DNA of 64,000 nt, taken from an uncultured Candidatus Saccharibacteria bacterium. Lineage in GTDB: Bacteria; Patescibacteriota; Minisyncoccia; Phycocordibacterales; CALRHW01. Below, one piece after another: positions 1-8,570 of the stretch (its first letter is position 1; every line of letters starts with the position of its first letter). The stretch covers positions 11,307 through 75,306 of the forward strand of contig CAYMIL010000001.1 of NCBI GenBank assembly GCA_964390845.1, given 5' to 3'. The notes beneath the pieces were generated by a model that made no database searches, was not told the origin of the DNA, and saw only the letters and a list, made by a program, of their open reading frames with translations. The translations under genes and the position numbers were made by a program.

Positions 1-121
1 GGTTACTGTACGCTATCTCGACAGAGCTATCGATGAGCCGTTTTCCGCACCACCAACGATAGAAAAAAATATTAAGCTTGTATTCAACTCACAACACAGG
101 GTATTTGATGTTGTACGATAA
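1..121 (+). CDS. 3' end of an upstream hypothetical protein (partial)
   Basis: Frame from nt 2 reads VTVRYLDRAIDEPFSAPPTIEKNIKLVFNSQHRVFDVVR* and stops at TAA 119-121. Confidence 0.6.
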   Translation, partial: VTVRYLDRAIDEPFSAPPTIEKNIKLVFNSQHRVFDVVR

Positions 122-140
122 GCGGGAGTATAATAGCCAC

Positions 141-605
141 ATGAATACGTACAAGCACAGTGTGAAAAAATTACTCATTGGCATTGTGTGCGCGGCAGTA
201 GTGGGTACTATCGTGTATGTTACAAAAACACCACCAGTCGTGCCAACTCTTTCACAAGAACAAGCACAGCAAACCTCAACGCAAACTACTTCTGGCACAC
301 CGACAACTCCAACGACTCCAAAGACCCCGGTAAAATCTCAAACCCCTACTACACCACCAGTGGTTCCTTCTGGTATCAGTATGACTCAAATTGCACTGCA
401 TAATTCTCGAGAGAGTTGTTGGTCTGCAATCAACGACTCCGTCTATGATCTAACAAGTTGGATTCCAAACCATCCAGGGGGCGAAAGTGCTATTTTAAGA
501 TTGTGTGGAAAGGATGGCTCAAGTGATTACAATGGCCAACACGGCAAGAGTACTCGTGTCGCGCGGATTTTAGGAGGATTTAAAATTGGCGCTCTCGCGC
601 AATAA
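141..605 (+). CDS. Membrane-anchored cytochrome b5-like heme-binding protein
   Basis: N-terminal TM, Pro/Thr linker, then HNSRESCW..VYDLT..HPGG..CGKDG..QHG b5 motifs; TATAAT 6 nt before ATG 141. Confidence 0.9.
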   Translation: MNTYKHSVKKLLIGIVCAAVVGTIVYVTKTPPVVPTLSQEQAQQTSTQTTSGTPTTPTTPKTPVKSQTPTTPPVVPSGISMTQIALHNSRESCWSAINDSVYDLTSWIPNHPGGESAILRLCGKDGSSDYNGQHGKSTRVARILGGFKIGALAQ

Positions 606-609
606 CAAT

Positions 610-1020
610 ATGCATATGAATATACATACGCTAAAAGACATGTACGCACGTTTTCATCGGCCACTTGGTATGCATGTATTACGCCTCGGCCTCGCGTTTG
701 TGTTTTTGTGGTTCGGTTTTTCTCAGTTGTTTGATAGTCTGACATGGGTTTCGCTTGTACCAGACTGGGCTGTTGCGTTGTTGCACCTACCACCCGCAAT
801 GATTGTGCTTGCAAACGGTGTGTTTGAGGTCACTCTTGCTACGTTGCTTGCGGGAGGATTCTTTGTCCGCACTATTGCCTTCATTCTTGCGCTTCATCTA
901 TTGCCCATCACACTTGATTTTGGTCTTATTCCGACGGGCGTTCGAGATTTCGGTTTGGTGGTTGCTGCGTGCGCGCTTGCTCTTGTGTATGAACCTCATT
1001 CTAAAGAAGAAATACGCTAA
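610..1020 (+). CDS. DoxX family membrane protein
   Basis: LRLGLAFVFLWFG and VRDFGL motifs, about 4 TM segments; start at 610 or 616. Confidence 0.8.
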   Translation: MHMNIHTLKDMYARFHRPLGMHVLRLGLAFVFLWFGFSQLFDSLTWVSLVPDWAVALLHLPPAMIVLANGVFEVTLATLLAGGFFVRTIAFILALHLLPITLDFGLIPTGVRDFGLVVAACALALVYEPHSKEEIR

Positions 1021-1026
1021 ATATAT

Positions 1027-1797
1027 ATGAAAAAAACTATTGCGATTGTTGGTGTGCTCGTAGTAATTGCTCTTGTACTCATGGCGGGTGCAAAAAACAT
1101 GCTCCACAAGTCGCCGGTCGGACCTTCTGTGCCTACAGTGCCAGCAACAATTCAAGCTGTGTTTAATGGACCCAATGGAACCGTGTCTGCAATGTTTGAG
1201 CCGGGCTTTGTAACCTTTAGCTATGCAGATCTCGGGACTGTGAAATTGCCTCAAGTTGTGTCTGCAAGTGGTGCGCGCTATGCGAATACAGATGAAAGTC
1301 TTGTGTTTTGGAATAAAGGCAACGATGTAACCATTTATAAAAATAATACGCCGATATTTGCGGGAAGTGTCGGGGGTGCATCTAGTGAAGTGCAAACGAT
1401 TCCGTCGGCAACTCCCAAACTGCCCGCGGGGAGCCCTGCGCCAGGAACAGCCGATATGCTTCGCAAGGGTACATGGGTATGGAAGAGCGCTCAGTCTGCT
1501 GGTGTTTCTCTTACACCACAAAAACCAGACGTATTTATGATTACATTTTCTGCAGATGGCCATGTCTCTGGAAAAACTGATTGCAATAGCTTCTCCGGAA
1601 CATATCAAGTAGGGTCTGATGGTGTTCTCACGCTTGGCCCTCTTGCAAGTACGCTCATGTTTTGTGAAGGATCTCAAGAAAGCCAGTTTACAAGCCTTTT
1701 TTCTGAAATGTCGCGCTACGTTGTCTCTGACAGTGTGTTGACATTGCGAAAAAATGACGGTCTAAATTCAATGGTCTTTGTGAAAATGGTACAATAG
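1027..1797 (+). CDS. MliC (lysozyme inhibitor) plus META/HslJ domain surface protein
   Basis: N-terminal anchor; LPQVVSASGARY..FWNKG (MliC); GKTDCNSFSG..LASTLMFCEGSQE (META). Confidence 0.85.
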   Translation: MKKTIAIVGVLVVIALVLMAGAKNMLHKSPVGPSVPTVPATIQAVFNGPNGTVSAMFEPGFVTFSYADLGTVKLPQVVSASGARYANTDESLVFWNKGNDVTIYKNNTPIFAGSVGGASSEVQTIPSATPKLPAGSPAPGTADMLRKGTWVWKSAQSAGVSLTPQKPDVFMITFSADGHVSGKTDCNSFSGTYQVGSDGVLTLGPLASTLMFCEGSQESQFTSLFSEMSRYVVSDSVLTLRKNDGLNSMVFVKMVQ

Positions 1798-1804
1798 AGG
1801 GGCT

Positions 1805-2701
1805 ATGAAAAAGATATTTTTTGCACTTATCGTGCTCGTTCTCGCTGGTTTCGGTATTTACTACGTTATGGGTAATCGTGCGGCCGCTCCTGCGCCTGTG
1901 CAAGAGCAACCTCAACAAGTACAAGAAGAAGCAACAACAACACCCGTTGTGCAAACTGGTCCCGAATCTGTCATCGGTACGTCGGTAGAAGGCAACGATA
2001 TTATGGCGTATCACTTTGGAAGCGGTCCGCAGGAGGTGTTGTTTGTCGGAGGTATTCATGGTGGCTATGAATGGAATACCGTGTTCCTTGGTTTTAAGCT
2101 TGTCGATTATCTCAAAGAAAATCCAACACTCATTCCTGCAAATCAGAAGGTTACGGTAATTCCTGTACTCAATCCAGATGGTCTTAAAAAGGTAGTTGGT
2201 TCCGCGGGACGTTTCTCACTCGATGCGGTTCCTTCTTCAGAGAGCGCAACAGTTCCTGGCCGTTTTAATGGCAACAATGTGGACCTCAACCGAAACTTTG
2301 ATTGTGATTGGCAAGAATCTGGCGTGTGGAGAAATACACCGGTAAGTGGTGGTGCGTCAGCATTTTCTGAGCCAGAAAGTCAGGCGCTTCGAGATTATGT
2401 ACAAAACAATAAGCCTGTTGCTGTTGTTGCGTGGTACAGTGCTGCGGGTGGTGTCTTTGCCTCAAGTTGTCACAATGGTGTATCTGCTGAAACTCGCACA
2501 ATCTTGAAAGCATATGCAGATGCGTCAAAGTATCCTGCACACGACGATTTTGATTTCTATGAAGTAACGGGGGATATGGTAAATTGGCTTGCAAAAGTAA
2601 ATGTTCCCGCAATCAGTATTCTTCTTACAAACCACACAAGCATTGAGTGGGACAAAAATCTTGCCGGTATACAAGCTGTTCTCAAACACTTCGCTCAATA
2701 A
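1805..2701 (+). CDS. M14 zinc carboxypeptidase-like protein (MpaA-like), apparently degenerate catalytic residues
   Basis: GGIHGGYE, NPDG, VDLNRNF motifs; WYS and ISIL where the paralogue has WHS and ITVE. Confidence 0.85.
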   Translation: MKKIFFALIVLVLAGFGIYYVMGNRAAAPAPVQEQPQQVQEEATTTPVVQTGPESVIGTSVEGNDIMAYHFGSGPQEVLFVGGIHGGYEWNTVFLGFKLVDYLKENPTLIPANQKVTVIPVLNPDGLKKVVGSAGRFSLDAVPSSESATVPGRFNGNNVDLNRNFDCDWQESGVWRNTPVSGGASAFSEPESQALRDYVQNNKPVAVVAWYSAAGGVFASSCHNGVSAETRTILKAYADASKYPAHDDFDFYEVTGDMVNWLAKVNVPAISILLTNHTSIEWDKNLAGIQAVLKHFAQ

Positions 2702-2707
2702 TAGTAA

Positions 2708-3577
2708 GTGATGACTCCTCGCGCCAAGATACTTGCGACGATAAGTGTGCTCGTGGTGTGTGTGATCGGCGTTTTCTTGTGGCTTAGCACAAGGACTCCC
2801 GCGCCAGTAGAGCCTGCGCTCGAAGCAGTACGCGCAGAACGTCGCGCCGTGATAGGTACATCGCAGGAAGGTCGGTCTATTGAGGCATACACATTTGGAA
2901 ATGGATCGAAGACTCTTTTGTTTGTCGGAGGTATTCATGGTGGATATGAATGGAATACTGTACTTCTTGCGTATCAGTTTATAGACTATCTTTCACAACA
3001 CGCATCAGATATTCCCGACACGCTCTCTGTTGTCGTTATTCCATCTGCTAATCCAGACGGTGTGTACAAGGTTGTTGGAAAAGAGGGAAGGTTTACGCAA
3101 GCGGACGTTTCTCCAGATGCTTCAGTACAAGCGTCAGGTCGTTTCAATGCTCGTTCTGTAGATCTCAATAGAAACTTTGAGTGCGCATGGAAACCAGAAG
3201 CGACATGGCGTTCAAAAACCGTTAGCGCTGGTAGCGCGCCTTTTTCCGAAGCGGAAACACAAGTCTTGCAACAATTTATTCTGACCACACAACCAGTGGG
3301 TGTTGTCTTTTGGCACAGTCAGGCGAACACGGTGTACGCCGGTGATTGCGCAGGAGTTTTTCTGCCGTTGTCGTTATCGATGATGAATGAATATGCGTCA
3401 GCGGCAGGGTATCAGCGCGCAGAAACATTTGATAGTTATCCTGTAACAGGTTCTGCTGATGGGTGGCTTACGACAATCAATATTCCATCTATTACTGTTG
3501 AATTGCAGACACATGAGTCTGTGGAATGGGATAAAAATCTCGCGGGCAGCAAGGCACTCTTTTCTCTATTTAAGTAA
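2708..3577 (+). CDS. M14 zinc carboxypeptidase (MpaA-like)
   Basis: GGIHGGYE, NPDG, VDLNRNF, FWHS and ITVEL motifs; N-terminal TM. Confidence 0.88.
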   Translation: MMTPRAKILATISVLVVCVIGVFLWLSTRTPAPVEPALEAVRAERRAVIGTSQEGRSIEAYTFGNGSKTLLFVGGIHGGYEWNTVLLAYQFIDYLSQHASDIPDTLSVVVIPSANPDGVYKVVGKEGRFTQADVSPDASVQASGRFNARSVDLNRNFECAWKPEATWRSKTVSAGSAPFSEAETQVLQQFILTTQPVGVVFWHSQANTVYAGDCAGVFLPLSLSMMNEYASAAGYQRAETFDSYPVTGSADGWLTTINIPSITVELQTHESVEWDKNLAGSKALFSLFK

Positions 3578-3607
3578 TGTAATGTTTGTGAGATAATAAA
3601 GTGGTCT

Positions 3608-3691
3608 ATGACAAAAGATCTTACGATTTTGCTTGTTGTTGTTCTCACCATTTTTGCGGCGTGGATTATAGCTGTGGCACATCTTGTGTAA
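3608..3691 (+). CDS. Small 27-aa single-pass membrane protein (below the ORF-track cutoff)
   Basis: MTKDLTILLVVVLTIFAAWIIAVAHLV* fills the intergenic gap; GATAAT upstream. Confidence 0.5.
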   Translation: MTKDLTILLVVVLTIFAAWIIAVAHLV

Positions 3692-3695
3692 TATC

Positions 3696-4130
3696 ATGAG
3701 GCGATTACTGTACAACGATGCATTTTTAAAAACATATGGAGATGCGCTTATGGTCGCGCTTCGTTTGGGGCTCGCGCTCATCTTTATCTGGTTTGGCGCA
3801 CTCAAAGTCTTTGGTTTCAACCCTGTGTTTGATCTCATCTACTATTCTATGGTGCCAGCGTTTGCACATGGTGTAGGTCTTTTGTGGCTTGGTGTTGCCG
3901 AGCTTTGTATTGGTGTGATGCTTGTTATCAATCGAGCGCTTATCTTCACGCATCTTGTGCTTCTCGGACATCTCATCGGCACATTTTCTACGTTTCTATT
4001 TGGCTGGCATGTTATCTTTGATCCGTATTTTCCAGTGCTATCTCTTTCTGGTGAATTCGTCGTAAAAAATATGGTGCTTGCAATAAGCGGTCTTGTGGTG
4101 CTTGTGTTTGAATTGCGTCGTAGTAGATAG
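3696..4130 (+). CDS. DoxX/YkgB-like membrane protein
   Basis: LRLGLALIFIWFGALK..GEFVVKN motifs. Confidence 0.8.
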   Translation: MRRLLYNDAFLKTYGDALMVALRLGLALIFIWFGALKVFGFNPVFDLIYYSMVPAFAHGVGLLWLGVAELCIGVMLVINRALIFTHLVLLGHLIGTFSTFLFGWHVIFDPYFPVLSLSGEFVVKNMVLAISGLVVLVFELRRSR

Positions 4131-4155
4131 TTGAAAGTGTATTGGGGTGATATGT

Positions 4156-4188
4156 AAAAACGCGCGACCCTGTTGTGAGGGTCGCGCG
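4156..4188 (-). terminator. Intrinsic terminator of the pgpA cassette
   Basis: 10-bp stem CGCGCGACCC/GGGTCGCGCG followed by a T5 run on the minus strand. Confidence 0.8.
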
Positions 4189-4208
4189 AGAAATGCAGCG
4201 AGATGCGG

Positions 4209-4778
4209 TCATGGCGTCAGTACGGCTTGTGCACCAAAGAACAGCGCGCCTACCGACAGTGCCGCGAGGATGCCGGCAAACGTGTCGTCGAGCATGATGC
4301 CTCATACGCCTGGGCATTTTTCCGCGGTCGATACTGGTACGGGCTTGAGGGTATCGAACACACGGAACATGATGAGTGCCGCCACAAGCCACCAGAACTG
4401 GAGCCACGCATCTCCAACGGGGAACAGGAACACGGCGAGCCCCGCGATTGCCTGACCGTGCACTTCATCGATGTTGGTCTCGTTGAAGTCGTGCGAGGTT
4501 TCTTCGCCTGTGTGTCGCTTGCGCTTGCCCCAGCGGGTTGCCATGAAGTGTTCGGCCGTGCCAACGAAGCACAGTCCGAGCATGAACGACGTCACGACGA
4601 GAACCAGCGAAGCGGTCCAGTCGTACCCCTGCCACACGAACATGCATTGGATGGCGAAGGCAACGAGGCTGCCCATGAGACCGCCGCCGGCTCCTGCCTT
4701 GCGGAGAATGATTCCTGGGATGAAGCCACTGAAGCCACCACTTGAAACTCCGATCGCACAAAGGGCGAGTATGTTCAT
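4209..4778 (-). pseudogene. pgpA: Phosphatidylglycerophosphatase A family gene with an internal in-frame TGA at 4302-4304
   Basis: NIDEVHG and FRVFDTLKPVPV, then CPGV*GIMLDDTFAG continues in frame to TGA 4209-4211; SD AAAGGAGG before ATG 4778. Confidence 0.8.
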
Positions 4779-4845
4779 ACGCGCACCCTCCTTTCTCTGG
4801 ATGTATATAGAACAATCCGACACAATGTACCATGATATTTTTATT

Positions 4846-4874
4846 TTGACTATGTTTCTATTGTCGATTAGTAT
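4846..4874 (+). promoter_or_regulatory. Sigma70-type promoter of the orphan at 4923
   Basis: TTGACT-N17-TAGTAT. Confidence 0.6.
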
Positions 4875-4922
4875 TATTCACGGAATTAAGAACAACATCT
4901 GCGTCGTGCGCAAGGAGGCACC

Positions 4923-5222
4923 GTGAACCTTAGACTTGTGGGAACGAATCGTAGGAGGGCGTATTACCCACGACTTCTTCGCATATACCACCGTATTGCA
5001 TTTCAGGAACATGGACCCTGCATTCTTTGTAGGCACCCCATCAATCCTGGAGAGGAGTATTGTGGCGCTGTGTATGTTCAGAGGGGAAAATTGTGGGTCC
5101 TCAAGCAACACCTGTTCTGTATGGATGAATTTGACGATGAGATTGATAGACTCGATAACGAGATGCGAGAAGATGAAGATGAGCGTGGAAAAGTGAGTCG
5201 ATCCCATCGTCGAGTCGCCTGA
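4923..5222 (+). CDS. Orphan putative zinc-finger protein with acidic C-terminal half
   Basis: SD AAGGAGG before GTG; CILC..INPGEEY..HLFC; terminator follows. Confidence 0.65.
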   Translation: MNLRLVGTNRRRAYYPRLLRIYHRIAFQEHGPCILCRHPINPGEEYCGAVYVQRGKLWVLKQHLFCMDEFDDEIDRLDNEMREDEDERGKVSRSHRRVA

Positions 5223-5228
5223 ATCACC

Positions 5229-5265
5229 CAAGGCCGATGCGAAAAGCGCAGCGGTCTTGTTTTTT
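5229..5265 (+). terminator. Intrinsic terminator
   Basis: CAAGGCCG..CGGTCTTG stem followed by T6. Confidence 0.7.
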
Positions 5266-5279
5266 AATCCATCTAGAAA

Positions 5280-7451
5280 CTATGCCGGCCACTTTTCTAC
5301 GATGAGTAGATTTTTTTCTGCCTGAGGAAGATGCGCCCAGATTTCTTCTGTTACAAATGGCATGAATGGGTGAAGAATGACGACGCAGTGTTTGAGAATC
5401 TTAAGAAGTGTTTGCTGTCGAGATAGTTTTGCTGTATCGTCTGTGCCCGAAAGTATCGGCTTACTTTCCTCGAGTATTTTGTCTGCGAAGCGGTCCCAGA
5501 TGTAATGATAGATTTTTTCAGATGCGAGATGGAAGCGGAATCCGTCGAGGTCTGACGTGATATCTTTTGTTATTGTTTCAAGCTCATCGATGAGTGCTTT
5601 GTCTGCGTCTGTCGTAATCTGTGCAGAGTTTTCTACAATCCCTTCAGTGTTTGAAAGCACAAACCGTGTGATGTTCCAGAGTTTGTTTGCAAAATTTTTG
5701 TACCCCTTTATCTTGCTTTCTGAAAGCGCGGTATCGCTTCCAGGCGGATTACCAACAACAAGTCCCATACGAAGCGCATCGGTGCCGTATTTTTCTGTCA
5801 TGTCGACAGGGTTTACCACGTTGCCCTTGCTCTTGCTCATCTTTTTTCCGTGAGCGTCGTTGACGAGGCCGTGGAGATACACATCGCGGAATGGTACGTT
5901 GCCCGCAAGATAGAGGCCGAAAATCACCATGCGTGGAATCCATTTGAAAATGAGGTCATAACCCGACTCCATGACGTCGGTAGGGTAATGTGCGCTAAAA
6001 TCTTTACCGTCTGGGTATCCTGTTGTGATAAGCGGCCACTGGCCAGAAGAAAACCACGTGTCGAATGTGTCAGTATCTTGTGTTACTGAGCCACCGCACT
6101 TTGGGCATGTCGTCGCAGTGTTTTCAAGGTCGGGGAAGGCGTGACCGCATGCACCTTTTTCGTTGGCACAGATTTTTGCAGGAATCTGAATACCCCACAC
6201 GATTTGTCGGGAAATATTCCAGTCGAGTGTGTTCTCCATCCAGTAGTTGAAGATTTTTCGGTAATTGTCTGGATGGAATGTGATGTTGCCCGCTTCTACG
6301 GCAGCGAGCGCCTTTTCTGCAAGCGGTTTCATTTTTACATACCATTGTGGCATGCGCCGCGGCTCAATAACTGTGTTGCATTTGTAGCATGTCGGTACAG
6401 GGTGTACGTAGTCTTCGGTTTTCTCGATAAGACCGAGTGCTTCGAGATCGGCGGCAACTTGTTTGCGAGCCTCGGCAATTTTAAGCCCGGCATATTTCCC
6501 AGTTTTCTCGTTTAGTTTTCCATACTTGTCGATAACCTCAACAGAAGGGAGGTTGTGTCGCGCGGCAAGCTCGAAATCATTTTTGTCGTGAGCGGGTGTG
6601 ATTTTGAGTGCGCCTGTTCCAAATTCTTTTTCTACCATCTCATCACCAACAACAAGGAGGTTCATGTCGCCGATAGGTGTTTGTACCGTAATAGTAGTAC
6701 CAATGAGTGATTTGTATCGCTCGTCTGTTGGATGTACTGCTACAGCAACATCACCGAACATTGTTTCTGGACGTACGGTGGCGACGGTGAGAGGGCCATA
6801 TTTCAAATAGTAGAGCTTGTCCGTCATTTCTTTTGTTTCAGTCTCTACATCGGAGAGGGATGTCTGGTGTTTTGTGCACCAGTTCACCATGCGGTCGCCA
6901 CGATAGACAAGGCCGTCATCGTACATTTTTTTAAATGTCTCCTGAACCTGACGAATAACTTTTTCGTCGAGGGTAAAGAGTTCACGTGACCAGTCGCACG
7001 ACGCACCAAGCATGCGCACTTGGTTTTCCATGGTCGCCTTGTTTTCTAGAGTAAATTTGTAGATCTCCTCATAGAGTTCGCGCGGGTCCATTTTGAAACG
7101 CGAACGACCTTCTTTTTCAAGTTTTCGTTCGTATACAATCTGTGTTTCAAAACCAGCATGGTCTGCACCGGGAATCCAGAGTGCACGAAAGCCCTTCATG
7201 CGTTTGTAGCGGGTGATGATATCTTCGACGGTGATAGCGAGCGCGTGGCCGACGTGGAGGTTGCCGTTGGCGTTTGGTGGGGGCATGACAATAGTAAATG
7301 CCTTAGCGTCGTCGTATCGAGCGGGGAGATTGTCGGGGTTGAAAAAGCCAGAGCGTTCCCACTCGGCGTAGATTGTCGACTCCGTACTCTTTGGGTCGTA
7401 TGGTTTTGTAAATTTCTCGTGAATATTGTGTATTATAGCGGTTTTTGGCAC
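5280..7451 (-). CDS. valS: Valine--tRNA ligase lacking the C-terminal coiled-coil
   Basis: PPPNANGNLHVGH, ATVRPET, DWNISRQ, DTWFSSG, KMSKS; ends at EKWPA. Confidence 0.97.
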   Translation of the reverse strand: MPKTAIIHNIHEKFTKPYDPKSTESTIYAEWERSGFFNPDNLPARYDDAKAFTIVMPPPNANGNLHVGHALAITVEDIITRYKRMKGFRALWIPGADHAGFETQIVYERKLEKEGRSRFKMDPRELYEEIYKFTLENKATMENQVRMLGASCDWSRELFTLDEKVIRQVQETFKKMYDDGLVYRGDRMVNWCTKHQTSLSDVETETKEMTDKLYYLKYGPLTVATVRPETMFGDVAVAVHPTDERYKSLIGTTITVQTPIGDMNLLVVGDEMVEKEFGTGALKITPAHDKNDFELAARHNLPSVEVIDKYGKLNEKTGKYAGLKIAEARKQVAADLEALGLIEKTEDYVHPVPTCYKCNTVIEPRRMPQWYVKMKPLAEKALAAVEAGNITFHPDNYRKIFNYWMENTLDWNISRQIVWGIQIPAKICANEKGACGHAFPDLENTATTCPKCGGSVTQDTDTFDTWFSSGQWPLITTGYPDGKDFSAHYPTDVMESGYDLIFKWIPRMVIFGLYLAGNVPFRDVYLHGLVNDAHGKKMSKSKGNVVNPVDMTEKYGTDALRMGLVVGNPPGSDTALSESKIKGYKNFANKLWNITRFVLSNTEGIVENSAQITTDADKALIDELETITKDITSDLDGFRFHLASEKIYHYIWDRFADKILEESKPILSGTDDTAKLSRQQTLLKILKHCVVILHPFMPFVTEEIWAHLPQAEKNLLIVEKWPA

Positions 7452-7477
7452 AATGTGAATACGTTACTATATATTAT

Positions 7478-7942
7478 ATGACACACAAACATATCACCGT
7501 ATTGCGCAAAGAGTCGCTTGTACAAATGATTAAAAACGCCCCTGGGACGCGTTTGTTCAACTCACTTATCGTGCGTCATGAAGATACGGGTCGTGTGGAA
7601 GATGTATTTCAAGATGGAAATCTTTCTTGTGCAGCATTTGTCAGTAGTTTGCTAACGCTCACGACTATGCTTTCCGAGCCACGAGCAACCGTTGCTTCAC
7701 TCCGCGCTGTTATAGAAGAATCTTCGCAATGGGAGTCTGTTGATGTGGCGAACGTAGAACCTGGAGATGTTGTGTTTTGGGCAACACAGCGTTTTGATAA
7801 CGGCGAAGATCACGCTCATGTTGGTTTTGTGTTGAATTCAGAGGAGGCGGTTTCTACCGACTACAAAGTTCGCGCTGTAGCGAAACATCCACTTGTGGGA
7901 ACGAGAGTAATCGACGCGGTGTTTAGGTATCGTGTTATCTAA
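7478..7942 (+). CDS. NlpC/P60/CHAP-like cysteine hydrolase
   Basis: LSCAAFVS..PGDVVFW..HAHVGF Cys/His pattern. Confidence 0.6.
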   Translation: MTHKHITVLRKESLVQMIKNAPGTRLFNSLIVRHEDTGRVEDVFQDGNLSCAAFVSSLLTLTTMLSEPRATVASLRAVIEESSQWESVDVANVEPGDVVFWATQRFDNGEDHAHVGFVLNSEEAVSTDYKVRAVAKHPLVGTRVIDAVFRYRVI

Positions 7943-7980
7943 AAGAGAAAGCCACCCAGATTCTTGCGAACCCAGGTGGC
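7941..7980 (-). terminator. Intrinsic terminator of the orphan at 8000-8431
   Basis: GCCACC..GGTGGC stem with a T-rich tail on the minus strand. Confidence 0.65.
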
Positions 7981-7999
7981 CTACGGGAGGGAAAAGCTC

Positions 8000-8431
8000 T
8001 CACTGTTTCGCGAGTTTCTGCTTGTGAGCCTCGGAAACAGACTTGTTGAGTCGTTCGATGAACGGCGCGGCACTTTCGGGCCACTTTCCGTCCGGATGCA
8101 CTTTGGTGTGGGTGAACACACCATTGCGATCTCGAAGTGAAAATGATTCCCATCGTCCATCTGCCTTGATGTCGCGCGCAGTGAGCAGGGTGAAGTCGGC
8201 GAACCTCATGCTCATCGGCGTGAGTATCACGACGCGGTCGTCGTAGCCCGTCTGCGAGTTGTAGTCCTCGCGCACGTTTACGGTACAACCGTCGTAGGAA
8301 CTCAGGTATTCCATGGGCGGATGTGGTGTCACATCGCCCTTGTTGTCTAGCCCGAGGAATACGAGCACCATGAGCGGGAGCGCTGCTGCGAAAGCAATCG
8401 CCCCACGAACCCTTGCGTATGTCCGAGTCAC
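8000..8431 (-). CDS. Orphan membrane-anchored protein
   Basis: SD GGAGGAG before GTG 8431; one N-terminal TM; GC-rich codons. Confidence 0.65.
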   Translation of the reverse strand: MTRTYARVRGAIAFAAALPLMVLVFLGLDNKGDVTPHPPMEYLSSYDGCTVNVREDYNSQTGYDDRVVILTPMSMRFADFTLLTARDIKADGRWESFSLRDRNGVFTHTKVHPDGKWPESAAPFIERLNKSVSEAHKQKLAKQ

Positions 8432-8570
8432 GTCTTCTCCTCCATGAAAAGAGCTTGTTGACCTCTGGATTCCCCCGGAATCCATGACAAGGCCTTCACT
8501 ATTGATATTACCATATATGGTAGAATTAAAAAGGATTTTGACATACCCTCATTTCGTGGAGACATCCACC

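Noticed and set aside
290-360. Short Pro/Thr-coding repeats in the cytochrome b5 gene
   Set aside because: Ordinary low-complexity linker, not an array
4302-4304. Alternative genetic code (TGA = Gly or Trp, code 25 or 4)
   Set aside because: TGA is a true stop elsewhere (uvrC, the ECF sigma, and pgpA itself just before its terminator), and long core genes have no internal TGA
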